Positions 1 to 7,208 of a DNA stretch of 18,769 bases are shown here, piece after piece. The position numbers and the translations under genes are program-made. The DNA is taken from the IMG/VR virus record IMGVR_UViG_3300005613_000034. The stretch is one strand, 5' to 3'. The DNA comes from a virus (Duplodnaviria > Heunggongvirae > Uroviricota > Caudoviricetes). Position 1 is the first letter of the stretch. Each line of letters opens with the position of its first letter. The notes beneath the pieces were generated by a model, which was not told the origin of the DNA, ran no database searches, and worked only from the letters and a program-made list of their open reading frames with translations.

Positions 1-25
1 TCCAGTTCGAATCTGGGCGGGGCTA
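1..25 (+). tRNA. 3' end of a tRNA (truncated by window), possibly tRNA-Gln
   Basis: T-arm TCCAG-TTCGAAT-CTGGG, acceptor 3' strand CGGGGCT, discriminator A. U72/A73 resembles archaeal tRNA-Gln; anticodon is outside the window. Confidence 0.75.
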
Positions 26-40
26 TTACGGTGGTTAAAT

Positions 41-262
41 TTGAAAAAAACTATTATACTATTTTTATTAATTATTCTAATTTTATTGAATGTAAATTCA
101 GTGATGCCAGAACATTTAAATGATTTCGATGGGAAAACTCATTTTAATTATATATCAAATCATCCAACCTGTATTGGTTATGCCGGATTTATGTGTATGA
201 CTTTAAAACCTGTAGCGGCGATGGGGAATATGCGTTTTGGTTATTTTTCTTTATTATTATAG
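41..262 (+). CDS. Probable N-terminal part of the downstream membrane protein (signal/TM helix plus loop)
   Basis: TTG start after GGTGG; hydrophobic N-terminus; overlaps 193..996 in the -1 frame. Confidence 0.5.
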   Translation: MKKTIILFLLIILILLNVNSVMPEHLNDFDGKTHFNYISNHPTCIGYAGFMCMTLKPVAAMGNMRFGYFSLLL

Positions 263-996
263 CTATCGTCATACCGTTAATTTATTATTTTTATACAAAA
301 AATAAAGATATTATGTTGGGGTATTTCTTTTTCACAGGGTTCTTTTTTACAACAGAAACTTTACAAACTTATGGGCAGGTAATGATAACTATACCATTTT
401 TAATATTTTTTTTGTCTAAAAACTTTAAACATAAATTTTTTATATTATTATTTTTGTTAATAACATGGTTTATATGGTACCCGATTCATTCTCAACAATT
501 ACCAATAATGATATTTTTAGTGTTTATGTTAATTTTTGAAAAAATTAAAGGGAAATTTTTTATGGGTGCTACAGTGTTTTGGCCTATTCAATTTTCATCT
601 GACATAAGAACTTATATGACTTATCCTGGGACATCTATTAATCTTATAGCATCTTTTGTATATTATATTTATCATTTCTTTTTTAAAAATATGTTGTTTA
701 TGTTTTCAATTCCGGCGGTTTATAATATAATCAAAGAAAAAAATTGGTATGAATTCTTATTTTTCGGGTTCATATTTTTCGGGGCTATCGCTTATTGGAT
801 TTATGAAGGGTTCAATATTTGGAGAGTAACAAGAGTATTAATATGGTTACCAATTGTACTTTTACCAAGTTTTATGCGGTGGCTTGAAAAACAATCCAAA
901 AACACACAAAAATTAATTTGGGTGTTAGGGGCTTTATGGTTTTTGGCACAGTGTTATATATATTTATTAAACAAAGTCAATATTTTTTATGACTAA
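193..996 (+). CDS. Polytopic membrane protein, possibly GT-C-fold glycosyltransferase-like (C-terminal part)
   Basis: Many hydrophobic segments; frame is open from 148; no clear RBS at 193. Confidence 0.7.
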   Translation: MYDFKTCSGDGEYAFWLFFFIIIAIVIPLIYYFYTKNKDIMLGYFFFTGFFFTTETLQTYGQVMITIPFLIFFLSKNFKHKFFILLFLLITWFIWYPIHSQQLPIMIFLVFMLIFEKIKGKFFMGATVFWPIQFSSDIRTYMTYPGTSINLIASFVYYIYHFFFKNMLFMFSIPAVYNIIKEKNWYEFLFFGFIFFGAIAYWIYEGFNIWRVTRVLIWLPIVLLPSFMRWLEKQSKNTQKLIWVLGALWFLAQCYIYLLNKVNIFYD

Positions 997-1007
997 AGCT
1001 TTAAAAG
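995..1007 (+). promoter_or_regulatory. Archaeal BRE/TATA promoter for a leaderless gene
   Basis: AAAGC-TTTAAAAG; TATA starts at 1000, 30 nt before ATG 1030. Confidence 0.6.
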
Positions 1008-1029
1008 GCTTTTGATACATTAATATATA

Positions 1030-1668
1030 ATGATAGACTATAAATTATTAGACGAACAATTATCAAAAGAAATTAGAACTAAAAAAATTATTGATTTAGT
1101 TGGGACCGGAAAACGTGTCTTGGATCTTGGAGCATATTCGGGATACATCGCAAAAGAAGTTGAAAAAAATGGAAACGAAGTTATTGCAGTAGATTCAAAT
1201 CAAGAGTTTGTTGAATATTGTCGGGGGAGAGGATTGAATTGTGTTTATGCGCATTGTGAAACGAAATTTCCGTTTGAAGATGGAATATTTGATACTGTTA
1301 TTGCAGGAGAAATTATTGAACATGTTTATGATACTAATCAATTTTTGAATGAATGTAATCGTGTTTTAAAAATGGGAGGAGAGGTAGTTTTAACTACTCC
1401 AAATTTGGGATTTTGGAAACATCGAATCAAATTATTGTTAGGATTGAATATGCCGTTTGAGTATGGTATGGGGGGTTATTTTGTGAACCACATCCGGTAC
1501 TTTAATTTGGCATCGTTAAAACGGGCTTTAAAGGGGCATGGTTTCGCAATAGTCAGGACAGAGCCGTCTTATTATTTTTATGACAATAGCTTTTTAAACA
1601 TTTTCATACCTAATATATTCAAGAACTTTAGCTTTCATATAATAGCGGTTCTTAAAAAGGTGAAATGA
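1030..1668 (+). CDS. Class I SAM-dependent methyltransferase
   Basis: VLDLGAYSG motif I, FDTVIAGEIIEHV, GGEVVLTTPN. Confidence 0.9.
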   Translation: MIDYKLLDEQLSKEIRTKKIIDLVGTGKRVLDLGAYSGYIAKEVEKNGNEVIAVDSNQEFVEYCRGRGLNCVYAHCETKFPFEDGIFDTVIAGEIIEHVYDTNQFLNECNRVLKMGGEVVLTTPNLGFWKHRIKLLLGLNMPFEYGMGGYFVNHIRYFNLASLKRALKGHGFAIVRTEPSYYFYDNSFLNIFIPNIFKNFSFHIIAVLKKVK

Positions 1669-1669
1669 T

Positions 1670-1909
1670 ATGGATTATAAAAAATTTGTTGGGAAAAAAG
1701 TAGATGTTCTTTTTTTGGATCATGAACAGGAATCAGGAGTTGAAGATAAACTTTGTTTGGTTGAAAAATCAGTTGATGTTGAATTGGTTGGAAAATTTTT
1801 GGGGGAAACAAAAGATTATGTTGTTGTTGCGCCTTGGGTTTGTGAAGATGGTAATGATATTTATCGTATTTTAAAATGTTGTATAAAACAAATAAAGGTG
1901 ATTAAATAA
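1670..1909 (+). CDS. Hypothetical protein (79 aa)
   Basis: GGTGA RBS; tightly coupled to neighbours. Confidence 0.75.
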   Translation: MDYKKFVGKKVDVLFLDHEQESGVEDKLCLVEKSVDVELVGKFLGETKDYVVVAPWVCEDGNDIYRILKCCIKQIKVIK

Positions 1910-2031
1910 TGGGTAATGTAAGTTTAAAAGCGATTGGGCTAATCATTCTTTTAGTAGGATGGTTTATGCTTGGTGGAATGTGGCAGGTCGTTGCTGCTAT
2001 AGTTGGAATACTATTAATATTATTGGGGTGA
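1909..2031 (+). CDS. 40-aa two-helix membrane microprotein (not in ORF track)
   Basis: MGNVSLKAIGLIILLVGWFMLGGMWQVVAAIVGILLILLG; TAATG overlap with the upstream gene; AAGGTGA RBS. Confidence 0.75.
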   Translation: MGNVSLKAIGLIILLVGWFMLGGMWQVVAAIVGILLILLG

Positions 2032-2035
2032 TGAA

Positions 2036-2329
2036 ATGATACCAGGATTTAAAGAAGTAGCGGAAAAAATGGTGAAAACAGTAGAATCAAAAAATCATGA
2101 TTATGGAGAAAACGCAGATCCATTCAATAATTTTAGAAATTGTGAACGAATGGGAATTTGTTCGGCCGAAAAAGGAATTATGGTGCGAATGTGTGATAAG
2201 ATGTCGCGGATTTCTACTTTGTTAGAAAAACCGGGTAAAGTTGAAGATGAAAAACTTGCTGATACTTGTATGGATTTGGCGGCATATGCATTGATTTTAA
2301 AACAAATGCGGGAGTATGATAAAAAATGA
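2036..2329 (+). CDS. Nucleotide modification associated domain 1 (Nmad1/DUF1599), MazG-like all-alpha NTP pyrophosphatase fold
   Basis: KNHDYG ... VRMCDKMSRI ... DTCMDLAAY pattern. Confidence 0.8.
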   Translation: MIPGFKEVAEKMVKTVESKNHDYGENADPFNNFRNCERMGICSAEKGIMVRMCDKMSRISTLLEKPGKVEDEKLADTCMDLAAYALILKQMREYDKK

Positions 2330-2625
2330 TTTTGAAATGTATAAAAGAGATAATTATAGTGACAATATTTGTACTTATTGCGTCAATAATAATTGCAACC
2401 CCTTTAGGATTTTTATTTGATGCGGGATTTGCTACTGAAGCCGCAAAACAAATTTGTTCTGAAGATAATATGGAACTTTCACAAATTTGGGGAATTCAAA
2501 CAAATAGATGTTGGGTTAGAGCCTGTGATAATAAGTTTGATGGGATTGAATTTTGTGAAGTTAGACAATTTATGGTTCAAGATGGATATTTTAATGGTGG
2601 GACTTATACTTCAGGAGGGAAATAA
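2326..2625 (+). CDS. Hypothetical membrane-anchored protein with Cys-rich external part
   Basis: ATGA overlap; N-terminal TM helix; several Cys. Confidence 0.7.
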   Translation: MILKCIKEIIIVTIFVLIASIIIATPLGFLFDAGFATEAAKQICSEDNMELSQIWGIQTNRCWVRACDNKFDGIEFCEVRQFMVQDGYFNGGTYTSGGK

Positions 2626-2629
2626 AAAA

Positions 2630-3178
2630 ATGGGTAAAGTTAAATTAATGTTAGCAATTGCTCGTAAAAAAGATAACGGAAAAATAAAATCTGAATCAGA
2701 AGAAAAATGTATAAAACGCGTTTTTTATGATAGTCAACGGGCGCGGGCAAAAAATGAATTGAATGCAATTACTAAAATATATCCAGAATATGAATGGAGA
2801 TTATATGAAACTGTAAATTATAGAGATACTCAAAAAGCATATTTTTTAATGCAACGAAAAATTTTGGGATGGCAAGAAAATAATTTAGAAAATTGGACTG
2901 ATAGAATTGGAGAGTTGTGGAAAAGTTGTTTAATGAAACCGGAAGCTAGATTTAGTGGAGAAACTAAAGTTTTGCTTGATTTAGATAATGTTTCTGTTGA
3001 AAAAATAAAAGAATTTAGAGATTTTTTGAATAGAAATGTAATAAAAATTAGTGAAGAATATCCGTCAAAAAATGGGCATCATTTTATTGTTGATAAATTT
3101 GATAAAAGAATGTTAAATGGAACTGATTTTGAGAATGATGTTGAAATTTTGAGAGATGGATTAAAACTGGCCCGGTAG
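2630..3178 (+). CDS. Hypothetical protein, possible archaeo-eukaryotic primase (AEP)-like catalytic domain (182 aa)
   Basis: Start moved to ATG 2630 (GGAGG RBS); VLLDLD and SKNGHH resemble AEP motifs I and II. Confidence 0.5.
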   Translation: MGKVKLMLAIARKKDNGKIKSESEEKCIKRVFYDSQRARAKNELNAITKIYPEYEWRLYETVNYRDTQKAYFLMQRKILGWQENNLENWTDRIGELWKSCLMKPEARFSGETKVLLDLDNVSVEKIKEFRDFLNRNVIKISEEYPSKNGHHFIVDKFDKRMLNGTDFENDVEILRDGLKLAR

Positions 3179-3242
3179 CTTAGTGGTTTATGGCGTTGCC
3201 CTTACAAGGCAAAGGTCGACAGTTCGAATCTGTCTCGGGCCA
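3169..3242 (+). tRNA. trnV: tRNA-Val(UAC)
   Basis: GGCCCGG/TCGGGCC acceptor, TTGCC-CTTACAA-GGCAA anticodon arm, GACAG-TTCGAAT-CTGTC T-arm; no CCA. Confidence 0.95.
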
Positions 3243-3249
3243 TTAATAT

Positions 3250-3564
3250 TTATGGTTTATATGTTTTAAGACGAGGTTTTTTGGGAATTGGTTCGTTAGA
3301 ATAAACTTCTATTCCCATATAATAAACAGGTTTATACCCACAATGAGGGCATTTTTTTCCACGTTCTTTTAATTGAAAACACGCTGGACATGTAATAACA
3401 TTTTCTGTTATTAATTCTTCTTTTTTCATAGGGCGTTTTTTGAAAGGCAATTTTGTTTGAGATTTCCATGTATTTTGTTCTTCATCAATTATTTCATCGT
3501 AATCTTTATCCCATTCACCAATTTCAACATCCTCATACGCATCATCCCATTCTAATTCAGTCAT
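3250..3564 (-). CDS. Acidic N-terminus plus Zn-ribbon protein
   Basis: CPAC...CPHC; GGTGA RBS. Confidence 0.75.
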   Translation of the reverse strand: MTELEWDDAYEDVEIGEWDKDYDEIIDEEQNTWKSQTKLPFKKRPMKKEELITENVITCPACFQLKERGKKCPHCGYKPVYYMGIEVYSNEPIPKKPRLKTYKP

Positions 3565-3683
3565 ATTAGTTCACCCATAGACATTATATCATATTCATCA
3601 TTATAATATCCACAGTGGGGGCATGGAGCCAACTTTGAATAAGGTCTGCCGCATTTAGGGCATATATTTCGCATACTTACCAT
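3561..3683 (-). CDS. 40-aa Zn-ribbon microprotein (not in ORF track)
   Basis: MVSMRNICPKCGRPYSKLAPCPHCGYYNDEYDIMSMGELI; ATGA overlap with the next gene. Confidence 0.75.
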   Translation of the reverse strand: MVSMRNICPKCGRPYSKLAPCPHCGYYNDEYDIMSMGELI

Positions 3684-3688
3684 AAAAA

Positions 3689-3931
3689 TCACTTTTTACT
3701 TTTCTTTTTATCAGATTTATAGATATTATCGATTGATTTAAATGCAACATCAGTTAAAATACCCTGAACCATTATTTGCCCAGTACCTAACCCTGCATTC
3801 AAATATGCACCGCTTCCAGGAGTCAATGCCCCGGGCTGCAATAATTGCATATTATGAACGGTTAATGCGCCACCTAAAATCACTTGATTAGCTTCTTTCA
3901 TCTGATCATTTGCTGATTTCTTTTTAGCCAT
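3689..3931 (-). CDS. Hypothetical Gly-rich protein with basic termini (80 aa)
   Basis: Leaderless ATG 30 nt after a TATA box. Confidence 0.75.
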   Translation of the reverse strand: MAKKKSANDQMKEANQVILGGALTVHNMQLLQPGALTPGSGAYLNAGLGTGQIMVQGILTDVAFKSIDNIYKSDKKKSKK

Positions 3932-3966
3932 AAAATATAGTAGAATAAGCTTATTTATAAACTTTT
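3928..3966 (-). promoter_or_regulatory. 39-bp promoter, copy 1 (identical to 6038..6076)
   Basis: AAAAG-TTTATAAA, palindrome AATAAGCTTATT (3944-3955), then ATG. Confidence 0.85.
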
Positions 3967-3969
3967 TGT

Positions 3970-4074
3970 TTATATTTCACCCGTAACAAGTTTAATATCC
4001 CCACATTCTTTACAAATCCACATTTTCATTCCAGAATTTTTATCTGTAAATAATTCATATTTATGTTCACACAT
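3970..4074 (-). CDS. 34-aa putative Zn-binding microprotein (not in ORF track)
   Basis: MCEHKYELFTDKNSGMKMWICKECGDIKLVTGEI; TAATG overlap with the upstream gene. Confidence 0.65.
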   Translation of the reverse strand: MCEHKYELFTDKNSGMKMWICKECGDIKLVTGEI

Positions 4075-4757
4075 TATAAATACCCCCAATAAGTAAATGG
4101 GTTTTTCTTTTTTGGTATATATTCCTTTTCCCACCAAAGTTCTTCATTTCCATATCTTTTATAATCTTTATTAGTAATAACTACTGGTATTTTTTCTATT
4201 CCTAAATCTTTAGCCATTATAGCTCTATGTCTTCCCTCTTGAAGCCCCTGATATTTTCCTTGATTATATTCTATTAAAGGGATTGCAAATTTATCTCCTT
4301 TTATAGCATCATATTTATATTTTCTAATTCTATTTAAATTATGAAATTCTCCGGTTTTTTTATCTTGTTTAAATTTAAATTCATTCATATCTTGCCCTAT
4401 TCTATCAAAATATTCATCTGGCGACATAATTTCAACATGTGCTTCTTTTCCTTTGTGTAACCTATTATATTCATTGTATTCTCCTGGGTCGAATTCTCCA
4501 AGTTCATCATACGGATCCATCCTTCTATGTTTTTCTGGTTGTTGTTTATAAGATTTTGCAAATGGATTTTTATGGGTATTTTCTGGGTCCATGATATCAT
4601 CTATATCAAAAGATTCTTCTTCATCTTCAAATTCAGGTTCCCAAATATCATTATCATAATTATCTTCAATTTCTGTTTTTTGAATTGGAAATTGAGTAGG
4701 ATTCTTTCTTTCTTGTTTTTCTATATCATCTAACATATCATCGTATAAATCTCTCAT
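4074..4757 (-). CDS. Acidic N-terminus plus ParB/sulfiredoxin-like domain protein
   Basis: QEGRHRAIMAKDLGIEKIPVVI matches the ParB-N pattern; start moved to ATG 4757 (ATGA overlap). Confidence 0.7.
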   Translation of the reverse strand: MRDLYDDMLDDIEKQERKNPTQFPIQKTEIEDNYDNDIWEPEFEDEEESFDIDDIMDPENTHKNPFAKSYKQQPEKHRRMDPYDELGEFDPGEYNEYNRLHKGKEAHVEIMSPDEYFDRIGQDMNEFKFKQDKKTGEFHNLNRIRKYKYDAIKGDKFAIPLIEYNQGKYQGLQEGRHRAIMAKDLGIEKIPVVITNKDYKRYGNEELWWEKEYIPKKKNPFTYWGYL

Positions 4758-5587
4758 TGAAACCACATCCTATTCAATGTTCGTTCTGTTTTTGATTGTG
4801 GATTACGAATAATTTTATTCATATTATCTTCTCCATAATAAGCCATTTGTTCTGAAAAAGGAAAATTTTCTCTAAAATCTTTTAATTCTTCTCGTCTCTG
4901 TTTCATAATTTGTTTTCTTTTTGGTACATTTCCAATTGGAATTTTTTTTAAATAATTAGAAAAATCTTTTTCAATTATATTATCATCATACATCTGTTGA
5001 AATAATTCAACACTTGGTTCACTTTTAACTCTTGGAGACGGGGTTCTAAATTCAATTTCTCTTTGGCGTTTATGAATATTTTCATGCACCATACCATCAA
5101 TATTTTGTCTAAATGTATTTTCTTTCATCCAATTTTTATCCATTACAATTTCATCTAAGACGGGGGAATATACTGCTCCCGTTCCTTGCTCTTCTTTAGA
5201 TGTTATTTTATCATAAATAGATTGTTTTTTTGGATTATCATAAGGATTTCTTCCGGGCCACATATTGCGAATTCCACGATATTTATTCATTTTTTCATCT
5301 GTATATTTATCTGGATTATTTGTAACAACAATTTCTTCTGGTAAAACAGTTCCAATTAATTGTTCTGCTTTTTTTGGGCTTTCATCAAATGCAAATTCGG
5401 GGGTTCTATAAACAATATCAAAATCGTCTTCACTCAATATTTCTTGTTCGGTATATTGAGGAATTTCAGTTAAGTTTTGAGGTGTAGGATCATAATCAGT
5501 ATCGATTGTGGTTGAATAAATATCGCGTTTTTTACTTCCACGCATTTGTTCGAAAACATCTTCAGCCATTTCATCATATTCATCCAT
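4754..5587 (-). CDS. Acidic N-terminus plus putative zincin (HExxH) metallopeptidase
   Basis: GAVY...EIVM strand, HENIH motif, downstream EQMAY candidate third ligand. Confidence 0.65.
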   Translation of the reverse strand: MDEYDEMAEDVFEQMRGSKKRDIYSTTIDTDYDPTPQNLTEIPQYTEQEILSEDDFDIVYRTPEFAFDESPKKAEQLIGTVLPEEIVVTNNPDKYTDEKMNKYRGIRNMWPGRNPYDNPKKQSIYDKITSKEEQGTGAVYSPVLDEIVMDKNWMKENTFRQNIDGMVHENIHKRQREIEFRTPSPRVKSEPSVELFQQMYDDNIIEKDFSNYLKKIPIGNVPKRKQIMKQRREELKDFRENFPFSEQMAYYGEDNMNKIIRNPQSKTERTLNRMWFQ

Positions 5588-5877
5588 TAAAATCGCCCGT
5601 TTTTTCGTTTTCTTCTTGCTTTTTTTACATCTGAAATAATATCTCCAAGTTCTTCTGGAGGTAAATAATCAACAGTTTTTGGAAATTGTTCTGGAAAAAC
5701 ATCTTGAAAAAGTTTATACCCTTTTGTTTCTAAATTATCTTCTGGGGGGGAATCCATAAAAGGAGATTCATTATATAAATTTAATTGCCCCGGTTCGATA
5801 GGCATTCCGGCCTTTTTCTTCTTTTTTTCTAAATCACCAAATAAATCTTCGGCAACCTCTTCATAATAATTACTCAT
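5587..5877 (-). CDS. Hypothetical protein (96 aa)
   Basis: GGAG RBS; TAATG overlap with the next gene. Confidence 0.75.
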   Translation of the reverse strand: MSNYYEEVAEDLFGDLEKKKKKAGMPIEPGQLNLYNESPFMDSPPEDNLETKGYKLFQDVFPEQFPKTVDYLPPEELGDIISDVKKARRKRKNGRF

Positions 5878-5882
5878 AAGCG

Positions 5883-6041
5883 TTATCTCCGCGGTGATCT
5901 TAATTTAGTAGTATATCCAGGTCTTTTAAGAGCATCACCCATTTCTTCAAGATTTTCCAAAACTTCAGGATCTTGAACAACACTACCCATAGCCGGGACA
6001 TTAGGTTTTATGCCTTTTTTAGCAAAATATGTATTATCCAT
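5883..6041 (-). CDS. 52-aa hypothetical protein (not in ORF track)
   Basis: MDNTYFAKKGIKPNVPAMGSVVQDPEVLENLEEMGDALKRPGYTTKLRSPRR; leaderless ATG 30 nt from TATA. Confidence 0.7.
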   Translation of the reverse strand: MDNTYFAKKGIKPNVPAMGSVVQDPEVLENLEEMGDALKRPGYTTKLRSPRR

Positions 6042-6076
6042 AAAATATAGTAGAATAAGCTTATTTATAAACTTTT
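6038..6076 (-). promoter_or_regulatory. 39-bp promoter, copy 2 (identical to 3928..3966)
   Basis: Exact repeat CCATAAAATATAGTAGAATAAGCTTATTTATAAACTTTT (plus strand). Confidence 0.85.
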
Positions 6077-6083
6077 CTAAAAA

Positions 6084-6365
6084 TTACCATTCAAGACTTT
6101 CTGTTTGTCGTTTAACAAAAGATTTTTGAGCTTTTTTAGAAGCTATACCAATACGTTTAGATGCTTCTTTATCAGTTACTGAATCCCCCATACCAGCAAC
6201 CCAAGATTGAGCTTCTTTTCTAACTCCTTTAAAATTTTTCATAGCTTTACTCCTCCTTATTTTTGATTCAATAGCTCCGCAGTAGGCGCCGGTGTTCTTT
6301 ACCCCGCGTTTTTTTGCATACTTTTGGCATTCTTTAAAGTCTTTAAAATTAGCAAATGGGGCCAT
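6084..6365 (-). CDS. Basic hypothetical protein (93 aa)
   Basis: GGTGG RBS; PFANFKDFKECQ...AYCGAI motif, reminiscent of viral proteins (from memory). Confidence 0.75.
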   Translation of the reverse strand: MAPFANFKDFKECQKYAKKRGVKNTGAYCGAIESKIRRSKAMKNFKGVRKEAQSWVAGMGDSVTDKEASKRIGIASKKAQKSFVKRQTESLEW

Positions 6366-6376
6366 TAAACCACCAT

Positions 6377-6520
6377 TTACATAATTCTACAAACAGTAGT
6401 TCCACATTTAGGGCATTTACCCTTCATCATGTCTCTGCCGTTTTTCATTTTAGTTTTTTTACCGTCTTTCATTTCGACTTTTTTCTTACATTTTACACAA
6501 TATGCTTCTATAGCAATCAC
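6377..6520 (-). CDS. DUF5679-like Zn-ribbon microprotein (not in ORF track)
   Basis: EAYCVKCKKKVEMKDGKKTKMKNGRDMMKGKCPKCGTTVCRIM; GTG start (or ATA at 6511); TATA box at 6545-6552. Confidence 0.8.
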   Translation of the reverse strand: MIAIEAYCVKCKKKVEMKDGKKTKMKNGRDMMKGKCPKCGTTVCRIM

Positions 6521-6542
6521 CTTATAATAGTATAATCCCCTT

Positions 6543-7164
6543 CTATTTATAAGCTTTTTGTTTATTTAAATATTGATAGACCCCAGATTCATCTGCAAAT
6601 TCAGTAGAAAAAACGGAAACAATCTTTGTCTTATTTTCGGGCGAAAGTTGTTCAAAAATCGTGTTTTCATAGAATTTGTGAGTACCGAGGACTATTTTCG
6701 CATCCATATCAGTCAATATTTCGTTGAAATCTTTAAACCACGATTTAATTTGATTCTGCCGGATCCGTTCAAACCGTTGTGATGATTGACCGCCTTGCCG
6801 ATGGTTATTTATGATATATGAATCTTTTTTGAACAAAATATCGAAGCTACCATCATCAAATATGCGAGCATGTGTCATATGACTCAAATCTAATAAGAAA
6901 AGGTTAGTTAAAACCACTCTTTTTTCGATTTTTTTGAGCTGATTTCCACAAAAATATAAAAACCGACCTCCCGAATACGGTTCAGTTTTTAATTCACAAT
7001 CATCCCAAAAATAAGCGTAGCCTGGGCTAAAGACAATTAGAAATTTTATTCAATCCCTGAAGGACGGATGTCCTTGTTTGTTTTGATTTTATGTTGCGCG
7101 CTAACGCTATCTCTTTGTCAATATTGAACATTGACTTACTACTCGGAAAATATAGTGTAATCAT
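6543..7164 (-). CDS. prf1: Minimal aRF1/eRF1-family peptide chain release factor split by a +1 frameshift at CTT-TAG-C (ORF1 7164..7027; ORF2 7028..6543)
   Basis: GAGGTGA RBS plus ATG 7164. ORF1 has ITLYFP and E-x5-NIKS-K-x-TR. The +1 frame has EPY...LYFCGNQL (YxCxxxF-like) and HRQGGQSSQRFER. Confidence 0.88.
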
Positions 7165-7208
7165 TTTACATCACCTCACGTTTTTTGATTAAACTTTTCC
7201 AAAGTTTA

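Noticed and set aside
2417-2629. N-terminal extension of ORF 2417..3178
   Set aside because: It overlaps 2326..2625; the RBS supports ATG 2630.
6543-6917. 124-aa stand-alone GGQ protein starting at GTG 6917
   Set aside because: The frame is open and aRF1-like for 37 more codons upstream, and the NIKS ORF with a proper RBS lies just 5'.
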